Counted from the first letter of the stretch, positions 51,776 to 61,371 are shown. The stretch: 64,000 nucleotides of DNA from Candidatus Latescibacterota bacterium (GCA_964291625.2 OZ220089.1:1184001-1248000), one strand, 5' to 3'. Made by a program: numbers and translations. Notes: generated from the letters alone by a model not told the origin.

Positions 51776-53046
51776 CAGCCCCCTCCCTCGGCCGGCGTTG
51801 CCGGGCGGCGGTGGCCCGGACGGGCCAGGAGCATCTGCACGTCGGAGATGTAGCCCTCCTCGAAGCCGCCGATGCAGTAGCAGAGGTAGAAGTCCCACAT
51901 GCGGACGAACTCGTCGCCGAAGCCCAGCTGCCGCACCTGCTCCCGGGCGCCGTGGAACCGCTGCCGCCAGGCCCGGAGGGTGCGGGCGTAGTGGGGGCCG
52001 ATGTCCTCCAGGTGCACCAGGCGCATGTCGGTGGCCGCCGCCAGGGAGCTGCAGATGACCGCCACCGACGGGATGCAGCTGCCCGGAAAGATGCAGGCCT
52101 TGATGAAGTCGACGGAGCGCCGGGCCCGCTCGTAGGCCCGGTCGGCGATGACGATCGCCTGCAGCAGCATCACCCCTTCCGGCTTCAGCAGGCGGGCGCA
52201 GCAGCCGAAGTAGGTGTCGAAGTAGTGGTGGCCCACGGCCTCGATCATCTCGATGGAGACCAGCTTGTCGTACTGCCCCCGCAGGTCGCGGTAGTCGGAC
52301 AGGACCACCTCCACCCGCCCGTCGAGGCCGGCCTCGCGCACCCGCTGCCGGGCCAGCTCGCACTGCCGCCGGGAGATGGTCGCCGTCGTCACCCGGCAGC
52401 CGTACTCCCGCGCCGCGTGCAGGGCGAAGCCGCCCCACCCGGTGCCGATCTCCAGGAGGTGGTCCCCGGGCTCGAGGGCCAGCTTCCGGCAGATGCGGTC
52501 CACCTTGTGGCGGCAGGCCTCCTCGAGGGAGCTCTCCGGCCGCGGGAAGACGGCGCTGGAGTACATCATCTCCTCGTCGAGGAAGAGGCGGAAGAAGTCG
52601 TTCCCCAGGTCGTAGTGGGCGGCGATGTTGCGGCGGCTGCCGCGGAGGGTGTTGCGCCGGAGGGCGTGGCCGATCCTCCGGGCGGGAGCGGCCAGCCGCG
52701 CCCAGCCCCGTTCGCCGCGGTGCATCGCCTCCATGTTGGCCACCGCCAGGCGGCACAGGGCCGGCAGATCGCCGCAGCTCCACCACCCCTGCATGTAGGC
52801 TTCCGCGGCGCCGAGGGTCCCCCCGAAGGCCAGGGCCCGGTAGAACCGCGGGTCATGGACCGCCAGGACCACCTCGGGGCCGTCGCCGGGGCCGGGGGCC
52901 AGGGGCCCGCCGTCTTCGACCAGGCGGACCGTGCCCCCGCGCAGGCGCCGCAGCCGCGCCGAGACCGCCCGCCTCGCCCACCGGTCCATCCAGCCCGGGC
53001 CGCGGGCCCCTCTCTCAGCTGCGCCCGACAGGGCCAGGTGCGGCAT
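51772..53046 (-). CDS. cfa: Cyclopropane-fatty-acyl-phospholipid synthase family methyltransferase (UfaM-like)
   Basis: NIAAHYDLGNDFF, MYSSA, LEIGTGWGG, SIEMIEAVG, IFPG, MWDFYLCYC. Confidence 0.9.
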   Translation of the reverse strand: MPHLALSGAAERGARGPGWMDRWARRAVSARLRRLRGGTVRLVEDGGPLAPGPGDGPEVVLAVHDPRFYRALAFGGTLGAAEAYMQGWWSCGDLPALCRLAVANMEAMHRGERGWARLAAPARRIGHALRRNTLRGSRRNIAAHYDLGNDFFRLFLDEEMMYSSAVFPRPESSLEEACRHKVDRICRKLALEPGDHLLEIGTGWGGFALHAAREYGCRVTTATISRRQCELARQRVREAGLDGRVEVVLSDYRDLRGQYDKLVSIEMIEAVGHHYFDTYFGCCARLLKPEGVMLLQAIVIADRAYERARRSVDFIKACIFPGSCIPSVAVICSSLAAATDMRLVHLEDIGPHYARTLRAWRQRFHGAREQVRQLGFGDEFVRMWDFYLCYCIGGFEEGYISDVQMLLARPGHRRPATPAEGGGW

Positions 53047-53818
53047 GCTCCCCCTTTCCAGCCGACCACTTGGGGTGGGGGTGGACCGGACATCTCTTGA
53101 GCCACAGCCGGAAGGCCTGCCAGTGGATGGCGCCGATGACCCGGGCCGTCATCAGCGGATACCGCGTCAGCACCCGCGCCAGGGCTGCGGAGCCCAACTC
53201 CCGCCGCCGCAGCAGGAGGGTGGCGTCGAAGAGGCGGCCTCCGTCCTGCCGGTTGTCCATGTGCACCGCCAGGGTGCGTCCCGGCGTCGTGAACCGCCAG
53301 GTGTACTCCTGCTCCATGGCCATGAAGGGGGAGACGTGGAACGCCTTCGAGAACTCGTAGCGCTTGCTCGCTCCCCGCCCCCGGTCGAGTCCCTCGTGCA
53401 GGACGTAGCAGTGCCTCTCGCCCCAGGGGGTGTTGCTCACCTCTCCCACCACGCTCTCGACGCGTTCCCCGGCCGGGTCGAAGCAGTAGAAGAAGCTGAC
53501 CGGGTTGAAGCAGTGGCCGCCGTAGCGCAGGTGGGTGAGCAGTCGGACCGGCCCCTCGGGAGAGCGGCCGCTCTCCTGCCGGACCAGTTGCCGCACGCAC
53601 TCGGCCAGGGGCCGGCCGGTCTCCCCGAAGTGGTCGGCGCGGCGGAAGGAGGCGAGGTTGGGGCGCTCCCACGACCACAGCCACCGGCCCTCGAAGAGGC
53701 CGGGCCCTTCGGCCAGATCGAGGTACATCATGAACAGCCGGTACTCGAAGGCGTGGGCCGCCGGCGCGAACCGCCGGTGGCGCAGCCGGCCCTCGTATAT
53801 GCAGCTGTGCCGGTTCAC
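53015..53818 (-). CDS. DUF1365-family protein (UfaO-like)
   Basis: HRRF.P..H.F.Y, FNPVSFFYC, EVSNTPWGE.H.Y, K.FHVSPFM, IHWQA.RLW.K. Confidence 0.9.
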   Translation of the reverse strand: MNRHSCIYEGRLRHRRFAPAAHAFEYRLFMMYLDLAEGPGLFEGRWLWSWERPNLASFRRADHFGETGRPLAECVRQLVRQESGRSPEGPVRLLTHLRYGGHCFNPVSFFYCFDPAGERVESVVGEVSNTPWGERHCYVLHEGLDRGRGASKRYEFSKAFHVSPFMAMEQEYTWRFTTPGRTLAVHMDNRQDGGRLFDATLLLRRRELGSAALARVLTRYPLMTARVIGAIHWQAFRLWLKRCPVHPHPKWSAGKGEHAAPGPVGRS

Positions 53819-55077
53819 AGGCTTTGCCCGAAGCGCCGGGTCACCTCCAGGGCGCTGGCCACCCCGTCCTCGTGGAAGCCGAAGCCCCAGTAGGCCCCGC
53901 AGTAGTGGATGCGGTCGACGCCGTCGATGCGGTGCCGGTGCTTCCTCGCCGCCACCGAGGCGGGCGTGCAGACCGGGTGGTGGTAGGTCATGCGGGCGAG
54001 GACCCGCTCCGGGGCGATCTCGGCGGTGCGGTTGAGGGTGACGCAGATGGGCCGGCGGCTGTGCAGACCCTGGAGCCGGTTCATGTTGTAGGTGACGGTG
54101 GCGGGGCACCCCTTTTCGGGCGGGATGTAGTAGTTCCAGCTCGCCCAGGCGCGCCGGCGCCGAGGCAGGACCGAGCCGTCGGTGTGCAGCACCACCTCGT
54201 TGGCCTGGTACGGCATGGCCCCCAGGACCTGGCGCTCGGCCGGGGTCGGCTCGGCCAGCAGCCGCAGGGCCTGGTCGCTGTGCACGGCGAGGACGACCTC
54301 GTCGAAGCGCTCGGCTCCGCCCGTCGGCGTGCGCACCTCCACCCCGTGGCGCAGCCGCCGCACGGAGACCACCGGGCAGTCGAGCCGGATGCGCTCCCGG
54401 AAGGGGCGGATGAGGGCCTCCACGTAGCGCCGCGAGCCTCCCTCGATCACCCGCCACGGCGCCCGGCCGCGCACCTGCAGGAAGCCGTGGTTGGCGAGGA
54501 ACTCCACGAGGTAGCGCGCCGGGAACTCGTACATGCGGTCCGGCGGCGCCGACCACAGGGCCGAGCCCAGGGGGATGATGTGGTGCTCGACGAAGGCCCG
54601 GGAGTAGCGGCGGGCGGCCAGGTAGTCCCCGAGGGGGGTGGCGTCGCCCGGGTCGCGCAGCAATTCCGGCGCGGTGCGGTTGAAGCGCACGATGTCGGCC
54701 AGCATGCGGTGGAAGGAGGGCCGCAGGAGATTGCGGCGCTGGGCGAAGAGGCTGCCCAGGGGCGTGCTGGCGTACTCCAGGCCGGTGCGGGCGCACTTGA
54801 CGCTGAAGCTCATCTCCGTCGGCCGCGACGCCACCCGGAGGCGCCGCAGCAGGCGCGTGAACCGCGGGTAGTGGGTCTCGTTGTAGACGATGAAGCCCGT
54901 GTCCACCGGGTGGGAGCGGCCCTCCTCCTCCACCTCCAGCGTGTGGACATGGCCCCCGGCATAGCCGTTGGCCTCGAAGAGGGTGACGCGGTGCTCCGGG
55001 TGCAGCAGCCAGGCCGCCACCAGGCCGGAGACGCCGCTCCCCACCACCGCCACGCTCCGTCCCGGGGGTGGTTCCAT
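53815..55077 (-). CDS. FAD-dependent oxidoreductase (UfaD-like fatty acid desaturase)
   Basis: VAVVGSGVSGL, GGHVHT, VDTGFIVYN, AWASWNY, TYNMNRLQ, GAYWGFGFHEDG. Confidence 0.9.
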   Translation of the reverse strand: MEPPPGRSVAVVGSGVSGLVAAWLLHPEHRVTLFEANGYAGGHVHTLEVEEEGRSHPVDTGFIVYNETHYPRFTRLLRRLRVASRPTEMSFSVKCARTGLEYASTPLGSLFAQRRNLLRPSFHRMLADIVRFNRTAPELLRDPGDATPLGDYLAARRYSRAFVEHHIIPLGSALWSAPPDRMYEFPARYLVEFLANHGFLQVRGRAPWRVIEGGSRRYVEALIRPFRERIRLDCPVVSVRRLRHGVEVRTPTGGAERFDEVVLAVHSDQALRLLAEPTPAERQVLGAMPYQANEVVLHTDGSVLPRRRRAWASWNYYIPPEKGCPATVTYNMNRLQGLHSRRPICVTLNRTAEIAPERVLARMTYHHPVCTPASVAARKHRHRIDGVDRIHYCGAYWGFGFHEDGVASALEVTRRFGQSL

Positions 55078-55091
55078 GGCAGGCCCGCGGC

Positions 55092-56030
55092 TCAACCCGG
55101 GAGGGCCGCCCCGCGCAGGAGGCGCAGGGAGTCCCGCAGGTCGTCCAGGGTGGCCAGGGGAACGGCGCCGGCCCGCTCGAGGAAGGGGGCGTACTGCGGG
55201 GCCGCGCGGCCGCCGGCCAGCAGGGCCACCTCGCCGCCGAGGAGGCCCCGCAGCCGCACCAGCTCGCCGCCCAGGCGGGGGTCGTCCCCGGGATAGACGA
55301 TGCTGAGCAGGACGGCCCGCGCCTCCGTCCCGGCCGCCGCTCCGGCGATCTCCTCGGCCGGCAGGTCGGGTCCCAGGAAGGTCGCGTTCCAGCCCTCCGA
55401 CGCGGCCACGAGGGAAGCGAGCATCGCCCCCAGCTCGTGCTTCTGCCCCGCCGGCGTGGTCGCCACGGCCCGGGGCGCCGCCCCGTTCCCCTGGAAGGGC
55501 CGCAGGTTCCCGATGAAGCTGCGCACCACCGCCGTGGCCATGTGCTCGGCGGCCACCCGCAGGGCGCCCTCCTGCCACATGCGGCCGATGCGCTCCATCA
55601 GGGGCCGCACCACCTCCTCGAGGAGGGCCCGCTGGCTCAGGGCCACGGAAGCCCGGTCCAGCTGCTCCTGCAACGACGCGGCGTCCAGGCCCTGCACGGC
55701 CGCCAGGGCGGCCTCGAGGAACTCGCCGCTACCCTCCCCCTCTCCGCCGGTCCGGCTCCGGGACGGCGGGGCCGCTTCTCCCTCGGGCCGGACCAGCTTC
55801 AGCAGCTCGGCCATGGGGAGACGCGCGATCCGGCCGATGCTCTGGCCGGCCTGCACCGCCTGCTGCAGACATTGCAGGCGGGCGATGTCCTCGTCCGAAT
55901 AGAGGCGTCGGTTGGTCCCGGTCCGGGACGGCACGACGGCGCCATAGCGCTTCTCCCAGACGCGGATCACGTGGGCCGACAGCCCGGTCCTCCTCACGGC
56001 TACCTTGATCGGGTGTCCCGGGGGTTCCAT
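55092..56030 (-). CDS. MerR-family regulator with cobalamin-binding domain (CarH/LitR-like photoreceptor)
   Basis: N-terminal MerR HTH (IRVWEKRY, RRLYS); W-x9-EH (WQEGALRVAAEH); QKHELG, FLGPDLP, LLS, AGG B12 Rossmann motifs. Confidence 0.88.
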   Translation of the reverse strand: MEPPGHPIKVAVRRTGLSAHVIRVWEKRYGAVVPSRTGTNRRLYSDEDIARLQCLQQAVQAGQSIGRIARLPMAELLKLVRPEGEAAPPSRSRTGGEGEGSGEFLEAALAAVQGLDAASLQEQLDRASVALSQRALLEEVVRPLMERIGRMWQEGALRVAAEHMATAVVRSFIGNLRPFQGNGAAPRAVATTPAGQKHELGAMLASLVAASEGWNATFLGPDLPAEEIAGAAAGTEARAVLLSIVYPGDDPRLGGELVRLRGLLGGEVALLAGGRAAPQYAPFLERAGAVPLATLDDLRDSLRLLRGAALPG

Positions 56031-56046
56031 GCCTGGAATATGGAGA

Positions 56047-56099
56047 CTGTATAAGTTCAGTCAAGTTTTATCTCGCAATTATTAGACATATAATAGACA
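56047..56099. promoter_or_regulatory. AT-rich promoter/operator with 11-bp-period TnnACA repeats (CarH-type)
   Basis: Plus strand TAGACA at 56083 and 56094; minus strand TTGACT and TATACA also 11 bp apart; minus TTGACT-N16-CATATT ends 6 bp before the ATG. Confidence 0.6.
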
Positions 56100-56424
56100 A
56101 CAGGAACCAGCCAGATCGAACCCGGCCCTTCGGCCTGGGGGCGAGCAACTCTGGAGGGGCGACAGGCGTGAGGCGCGGTAGAGGGGGCGCTACTTCCTCA
56201 TGGGGGGAGGTGGCGAGCCGGTAACGAAGGGCGCCTCCCCCCTCGACCTCCACGGTGGTTCCGGCAGACAGGGCCGGGAGGGTCCTGGCGGAGAGGATCC
56301 CGGCGCCCAGGGCGGACGCCGGGTCCCGCGGATTGATGGACCGGGGTTCACCAGTCCTTCAACGGGAGGTCCCGGGCGCCGCCATGCATGCGAAGAGTGC
56401 CGGGCGCCCGGGACGATTGCTGCG

Positions 56425-57489
56425 TCAGCGGCTCTTGACCTGTCCCCAGGACTCTCCGTCAACCGCGGACTCGAGGGAGAGGCCGTAGATGCCGGCGCCG
56501 ACGATGATCTCCCGGCCGGCCTTCGTGGTAAAGGACTGGGCGTAACTCACCTTGGGGGAACCGGTGTCTTCGTCTCCGGCTACCGACGGATCGTCGTAGT
56601 GGTACTGGACGTAGCCGCCCCCATCCCCGGCCACCCGGATGAGTTCCTGGACGATCTTCACCCCGTTGATATCCTCGGAGTCGAGCACGGTCCGGGTCTC
56701 CTGCGTCCGGTCCGCTCCATGGAAGATCACGTAGCCGTTGGAGGTGAACATGAACAGGTAGATGGAGCCGTGCCGCCAGTCTCCTTCTGCGGCCCGGAAG
56801 ACGTTGAAGATGTCCCTGTAGCGCCCGACGCCGTGCTCCTGCAATGCGGCGACATAGGCCTGAAGCGCCCCGATGACGAAAGCCCGGAGACTCTCGAGGT
56901 CCGTAACGTCGGCGGCCGTCACCTCCGGCCGCGGAATGAGCGAGAGGTCGTACACGGGCGGCGGGACATGGGACACATCCTGGTAGAATCCACCGACCAG
57001 GACGTTCGTGTTGCCGTAGGCCTCGCCGGAGAACTGGGTGGCATAGGCTGTCTTCGGGGTGTCTTCGTCGCCGTCCTGGGCCGGATCGTCCCAGTAGTAC
57101 TCGACATGGCCCCCCGCGGCCGAGGCCGCGATGAGGTCCTGGACGACCGGCGTCCCACGGTCGTCCTCGAGGGCCAGGAGGTTCTTGTCTCCCGCAGTCT
57201 CATCGTCGGCGTGAAACAGGACCGTCCCTTCATCGCTCAGGAGAATGATGTACAGGTTCCCCTGCCTCCAGTCTCCTTCTTCCCTGAGGCTGGCGAGAAA
57301 AGGCGTCAGAAGTTCCTTGCCCTCGCTTATCTCCACGATACGCGCCTTCACGCCTTCCACGAAGGCCGCCAGGGTCTGCTCGTCCACGACCTCGCTGGCG
57401 GGTACCTCCGGGGTCTGGGCCGTGGAGGGCCGCGCGGCGGGCAGGAGGCAGGCCAGCCCGAGGATGAGTACTGAGATCAGACGTTGCAC
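56425..57489 (-). CDS. Stand-alone secreted tandem (2x) Cache-domain protein with C-terminal ESWGQVK tag
   Basis: GTG 57489 after AAGGGGG; signal peptide; two copies of WR.G..Y...FH...ED..G...GG.V.Y..DDP...GDED..PK..YA. Confidence 0.87.
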   Translation of the reverse strand: MQRLISVLILGLACLLPAARPSTAQTPEVPASEVVDEQTLAAFVEGVKARIVEISEGKELLTPFLASLREEGDWRQGNLYIILLSDEGTVLFHADDETAGDKNLLALEDDRGTPVVQDLIAASAAGGHVEYYWDDPAQDGDEDTPKTAYATQFSGEAYGNTNVLVGGFYQDVSHVPPPVYDLSLIPRPEVTAADVTDLESLRAFVIGALQAYVAALQEHGVGRYRDIFNVFRAAEGDWRHGSIYLFMFTSNGYVIFHGADRTQETRTVLDSEDINGVKIVQELIRVAGDGGGYVQYHYDDPSVAGDEDTGSPKVSYAQSFTTKAGREIIVGAGIYGLSLESAVDGESWGQVKSR

Positions 57490-57600
57490 GAGGGTTCCCC
57501 CTTTCATTATGAGGCTGTGATGTTGCAAACGTAATTTAAGGTCCAATCTCGACCGACAATAGGGGGGAATGGTGATCCAGCCGGCGATCGGGCCGCCCCC

Positions 57601-57718
57601 TGCGGCTATCCGGGCGTCGTGCGGCTGGCGAACGGCCAGCTGCTCTTGCGTGTTCCACACGGACTTCGTCGACGGCGACCGCGAGATCCGCGCCGTCCGC
57701 CTGAGGGAGGAGGAGTGA
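57601..57718 (+). pseudogene. Frameshifted C-terminal remnant of a BNR/sialidase-like beta-propeller gene
   Basis: CGYPGVVRLANGQLL + 1 extra T at ~57646 + CVFHTDFVDGDREIRAVRLREEE*; the stop overlaps the next ATG. Confidence 0.55.
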
Positions 57719-59127
57719 TGCCGCCGCGCGCCATCGATCTGAAGGGCTACGGCCTGCCCTACTGGCTGGACATCGAGCGTCCGCGCTACCCGGCGCTGGA
57801 GACGGAGACCCACGCCGACGCGGTTGTCATCGGCGCCGGCATCGCCGGCCTCAAGCTGGCCGATTACCTCTCCGCGCGGGGGCTGAGCTGCGTCGTGCTG
57901 GAGGCGAAGCGGGTCGGCGAGGGGGCCTCCTCCCGCAACCAGGGCTGCATCGTCACCGGCTTGCCGGTCTCCTACGCCGACCTCGCCGCCGCCCGCTCCC
58001 GCGCCGTGGCCCGCGGCCTGGTCGATCTCTGCCACCACAACCAGGAGCTGCTGGAGGAGCAGATCGAGCGCCACGGGATCGCCTGCGACTACGAGGTCCT
58101 CGGCGAGATCCTGCTGGTGCGGGGCGACGAGGCGGACCACGAGCAGACGCTGACGCGGATGCGGCGGGACACCGCCATGATGGCGGAAGACGGTTTCGCC
58201 GTGGACTGCCCGGACGCGGCGGAGGTGCGCGCCGTCACCGGCAACCCCCTCTTCGCCGGCGGCATCCGCCACCGCCGCGACGCCCAGTTCCACTCCGGCC
58301 GCTTCGTGGTCGGCCTGGGAGCGGCGGTGGCCCGTTCCCCCCGGGTGCGGATCTTCGAGGAGTCTCCGGTGGCGGCGATCGAGCCCCCGGACGGGGGCGG
58401 CGCCCACCGGGTCCGCACCTCCCGGGGCAGCGTGACCGCCGGCCATCTGTGCGTGGCCACCAACGCCCTGGTGCCGCAGCTCCTGCCGGAGCTGACCCCC
58501 GCCTTCCGCGCCGAGCGCGGGCAGGTCCTGGTCACGGCGCCCCTGGACGAGCGCCCCTGCCGCGGCTGCTTCGCCGCCGGCCAGGCGTGGTGGCGCGAGA
58601 TCCGCGAGGCCGACGGCCGCTACCGCCTGCTCTTCGGCGGCTGCCGCGACCGCGACGAGCCGGACAGCCTCTTCCCGCAGTACGGGGCCGGCGGCCGCCG
58701 CAGCGGGCGCATCGCCAGCGCCGGCTTCCGGCCCACGGCGGCCCATCAGCGCCGCATCCACGCGCACCTCGCCGAGATCTTCCCCCACCTGGCCGGCGCG
58801 CCGGTGACCCACCGCTGGGGCGGCCTGCAGTCGTTCACCTTCGACGGCCTGCCCGCCGTCGGCCTCTTCGACCCGGAGCGGCGCGTCCACGGCATGGCCG
58901 GGTTCTCGGGGTACGGCAACTCGTACAGCAACGTCGGGGCCGCCCACCTGGCCGCGCGCATCGCCGGGGCCGGCGACGGCCTGGCGGCGCCCTTCGCGGA
59001 GAGCCTCAAGCTGTTGATGGCCCCGGCCCGCCCCGGCCTCCGCTGGCCCGGCGGCGAGCCCACCCGCGCGCAGTGCGACTCCCTCGCCGGCCAGCGGGAG
59101 AGCGGGGAGTCGGCGGCCCGGGAGTGA
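57718..59127 (+). CDS. FAD-dependent oxidoreductase, DAO/PuuB-like
   Basis: PYW, VIGAGIAGL, GASSRNQG, ATNAL, WGG...T.DGLP.VG, GFSGYG. Confidence 0.9.
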   Translation: MPPRAIDLKGYGLPYWLDIERPRYPALETETHADAVVIGAGIAGLKLADYLSARGLSCVVLEAKRVGEGASSRNQGCIVTGLPVSYADLAAARSRAVARGLVDLCHHNQELLEEQIERHGIACDYEVLGEILLVRGDEADHEQTLTRMRRDTAMMAEDGFAVDCPDAAEVRAVTGNPLFAGGIRHRRDAQFHSGRFVVGLGAAVARSPRVRIFEESPVAAIEPPDGGGAHRVRTSRGSVTAGHLCVATNALVPQLLPELTPAFRAERGQVLVTAPLDERPCRGCFAAGQAWWREIREADGRYRLLFGGCRDRDEPDSLFPQYGAGGRRSGRIASAGFRPTAAHQRRIHAHLAEIFPHLAGAPVTHRWGGLQSFTFDGLPAVGLFDPERRVHGMAGFSGYGNSYSNVGAAHLAARIAGAGDGLAAPFAESLKLLMAPARPGLRWPGGEPTRAQCDSLAGQRESGESAARE

Positions 59128-59319
59128 GAGGACCGCCGGGCCGTTCTCGCGGTCCTGGTCTGCGGCTGGGACGCCTCATCGGTCTGCAAGCACCTGCTTC
59201 ACTGGAAGGGGATCTTCGACTCGCCCCTGGTGCGGCCGCCCTACCTCAACGCGCCGGAGTGGCTGCAGCGGGAGTTGCGCGATCCGGCGCGTCAGCTCGG
59301 ACTGCTCGACAGGGCGTGA
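59128..59319 (+). pseudogene. Start-less C-terminal remnant resembling a DapA-family protein
   Basis: VCKHLLHWKGIFDSPLVRPPY...LQREL...LGLL* matches the K..L...G......VR.P tail pattern; host-like codons. Confidence 0.5.
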
Positions 59320-59422
59320 CGATGGCGGGTCGGCCGGCGAGCCTCCACCTGCCTTGCCTGCCTATACTTGTTCTTGAGCTTGCGACGGTGCCGGCCCAAC
59401 TCCTGAACAGGATCAAGACAAC

Positions 59423-60673
59423 GTGCTGAAGAGACTTGCCGTCGAAAACTTCAAGTCGCTGAGTCAGGTCGAAGTGGAATTGCCGCGCCTTGCCGTGCTC
59501 TTCGGTCCGAACGCGGCGGGCAAGAGCAATCTGGTAGAAGCCATCCGGGTGCTCTCGTGGATCGGGACGCAGCGCACCTTGGCCGACGCCCTTGGAGGTT
59601 CCATCCGGGGTTACCCGCTCGAGGCGCTGAGCATGCCTGCCGGCGGAATCCCCGACCTGGTTCAGATGGAGGCGGCAAGCTTCCAGTTGGAGGCGGACTT
59701 GTCCGTTCCCTCCGAGAACGGCGGCACGCCCTCTGGCTATCGCTACCGCATCGAGGTCGGAATCAACACCCGGTCCGGCGTACTGACGAATCGCAACGAG
59801 TTCCTCTCCTCGCTATCCGTTTCCGGAGAGCCGAAGGGGCGTCCGGTCATCGAGCCCGACGGCGATCGTGCCCTGGTACGCCGGCAGACGGGCGGAGGCC
59901 GGCCGCGGGCAGAGCAACTGGGCCAGTATGCGCTGCTCTCGGATCGTCGGTTCGTCAGCCCCGCTTACCGTACCATCGATAGAGTGCGTGCGGAATTACA
60001 GGATTGGAGAGCGTACTACTTCAATCCGGCAGCGATGCGAATAGCAGCATCCCCGTTGGGTGTGGTAGACATCGGGACCTCCGGGGAGCATCTGGCGCCC
60101 TTTCTGTATCGGCTCAACAATGAACATCCGAAGCACTTCGGAGCTGTAACGCGCTCACTGCGTTCCATCATCCCCAGCATCGAGGAGGTGCGAGTTCTGC
60201 TGGATGAGCAACGCGGCACCCTCGATCTCTTCGTGCTCCAGGACGGAGTCTTCTACTCGTCTCGCGTCGTCTCGGAAGGAACGCTGCGGGTCCTGTCCCT
60301 CTGCGCCCTGGCCGTGAATCCCTGGAGCAGTTCGCTGCTCGCCTTCGAGGAGCCCGAGAACGGAGTCCATCCGCGGCGGATCGAACTCGTCGCCCAGATG
60401 CTCGCGTCCCTCGCGCTGGACCAGCAGCGACAGGTTGTAGTCACCACCCACTCCCCTCTCTTCTGTGACGCCATACTCCGGGAGTCGCGCAACAGGTCGA
60501 GCCAGGAGGTGCGCCTCTTCAACGTGCGGCGTGACGCGCATCAGACAGTCGTGCAACCCTTCGAGAACACCGACCCAGTGCTTGCCGATCCGGAGATCCT
60601 CACGGAACTCTCCGACCGCGGCGAGGAGGGCTTGTTCGAGAGCTTGGTTCTGCGCGGCCTGATAGATGAGTAG
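59423..60673 (+). CDS. AAA_21/RecF-like ABC ATPase
   Basis: VENFKS, GPNAAGKSN, VSEGTLR, AFEEPENGVHP, TTHSP. Confidence 0.9.
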   Translation: MLKRLAVENFKSLSQVEVELPRLAVLFGPNAAGKSNLVEAIRVLSWIGTQRTLADALGGSIRGYPLEALSMPAGGIPDLVQMEAASFQLEADLSVPSENGGTPSGYRYRIEVGINTRSGVLTNRNEFLSSLSVSGEPKGRPVIEPDGDRALVRRQTGGGRPRAEQLGQYALLSDRRFVSPAYRTIDRVRAELQDWRAYYFNPAAMRIAASPLGVVDIGTSGEHLAPFLYRLNNEHPKHFGAVTRSLRSIIPSIEEVRVLLDEQRGTLDLFVLQDGVFYSSRVVSEGTLRVLSLCALAVNPWSSSLLAFEEPENGVHPRRIELVAQMLASLALDQQRQVVVTTHSPLFCDAILRESRNRSSQEVRLFNVRRDAHQTVVQPFENTDPVLADPEILTELSDRGEEGLFESLVLRGLIDE

Positions 60674-61271
60674 CCGCATGCTTCTGGACTTCTTCGCCGA
60701 GGACCAGGTGCACGAGAGCCTGATAGGCGCCTTGATCAGGCGGATCGCGAGGGAGGAGGAGATCCAGGTCACCTGTCGGACGCGTTCGGCCCGGGGAGGC
60801 CATCCACGGGCGATCAAGGAGTTCCGACTCTATCAGAGATTCATCTCCAGCAGTCGACTCGATGTACCGACGCCCGATCTGATCGTCGTGGCCATCGACA
60901 CCAATTGCTCCGAGTTCTCCAGGAGCAGAAGCGAAATCAGGGAGGCGACGCTACCACTCTACGAGCACAGGGTTGTCCCGGCGTGTCCGGATCCGCACGT
61001 GGAGCGGTGGTTCCTCGCTGATCCGCCATCCTTCCAGGAGGTAGTGGGAGCCATGCCCAGTCCGGGCAGGGCAAAGTGCGAGCGCGAGTACTACAAGCAC
61101 CTGCTCACCACAACTATTCGCAGCGCCGGGCACCCCTCGACTCTTGGTGGAACGGAGTTCGCTCCTGATCTGGCAGATGCCATGGACCTCTACCGGGCCG
61201 GAAAGACCGACTCCTCCCTGAAGGCGTTCATGGACGACTTTCGCGCCGCCCTCGAGAGATGGAGACGGTAG
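60666..61271 (+). CDS. DUF4276/TOPRIM-like partner of the ABC ATPase
   Basis: FFAED..HE, VAIDTN, P.VERWFLAD, DSSL..F; 8-bp overlap with the ATPase. Confidence 0.68.
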   Translation: MSSRMLLDFFAEDQVHESLIGALIRRIAREEEIQVTCRTRSARGGHPRAIKEFRLYQRFISSSRLDVPTPDLIVVAIDTNCSEFSRSRSEIREATLPLYEHRVVPACPDPHVERWFLADPPSFQEVVGAMPSPGRAKCEREYYKHLLTTTIRSAGHPSTLGGTEFAPDLADAMDLYRAGKTDSSLKAFMDDFRAALERWRR

Positions 61272-61371
61272 GCGCCGCAGGCGGGCGTTCCCCTGCGCAA
61301 CCTGCCGAGAGCACTCAAGCGTCCACCGTACGGGGTAGCTCCAGGATTCCGAAGGACCTCTTGGCACGGCG

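Noticed and set aside
56100-56424. Cobalamin riboswitch next to the B12-binding regulator
   Set aside because: Could not find the conserved GGGAA, GCCACTG and B12-box elements on either strand by eye
56425-58947. 840-aa ORF, and likewise the 476-aa ORF at 16159-17589
   Set aside because: The N-terminal parts are antisense to real genes; the Cache proteins start at 57489 and 16728 with RBS and signal peptide
59125-59319. TGA readthrough or selenocysteine extension of the FAD oxidoreductase
   Set aside because: The oxidoreductase is already complete, and the downstream frame resembles an unrelated DapA tail
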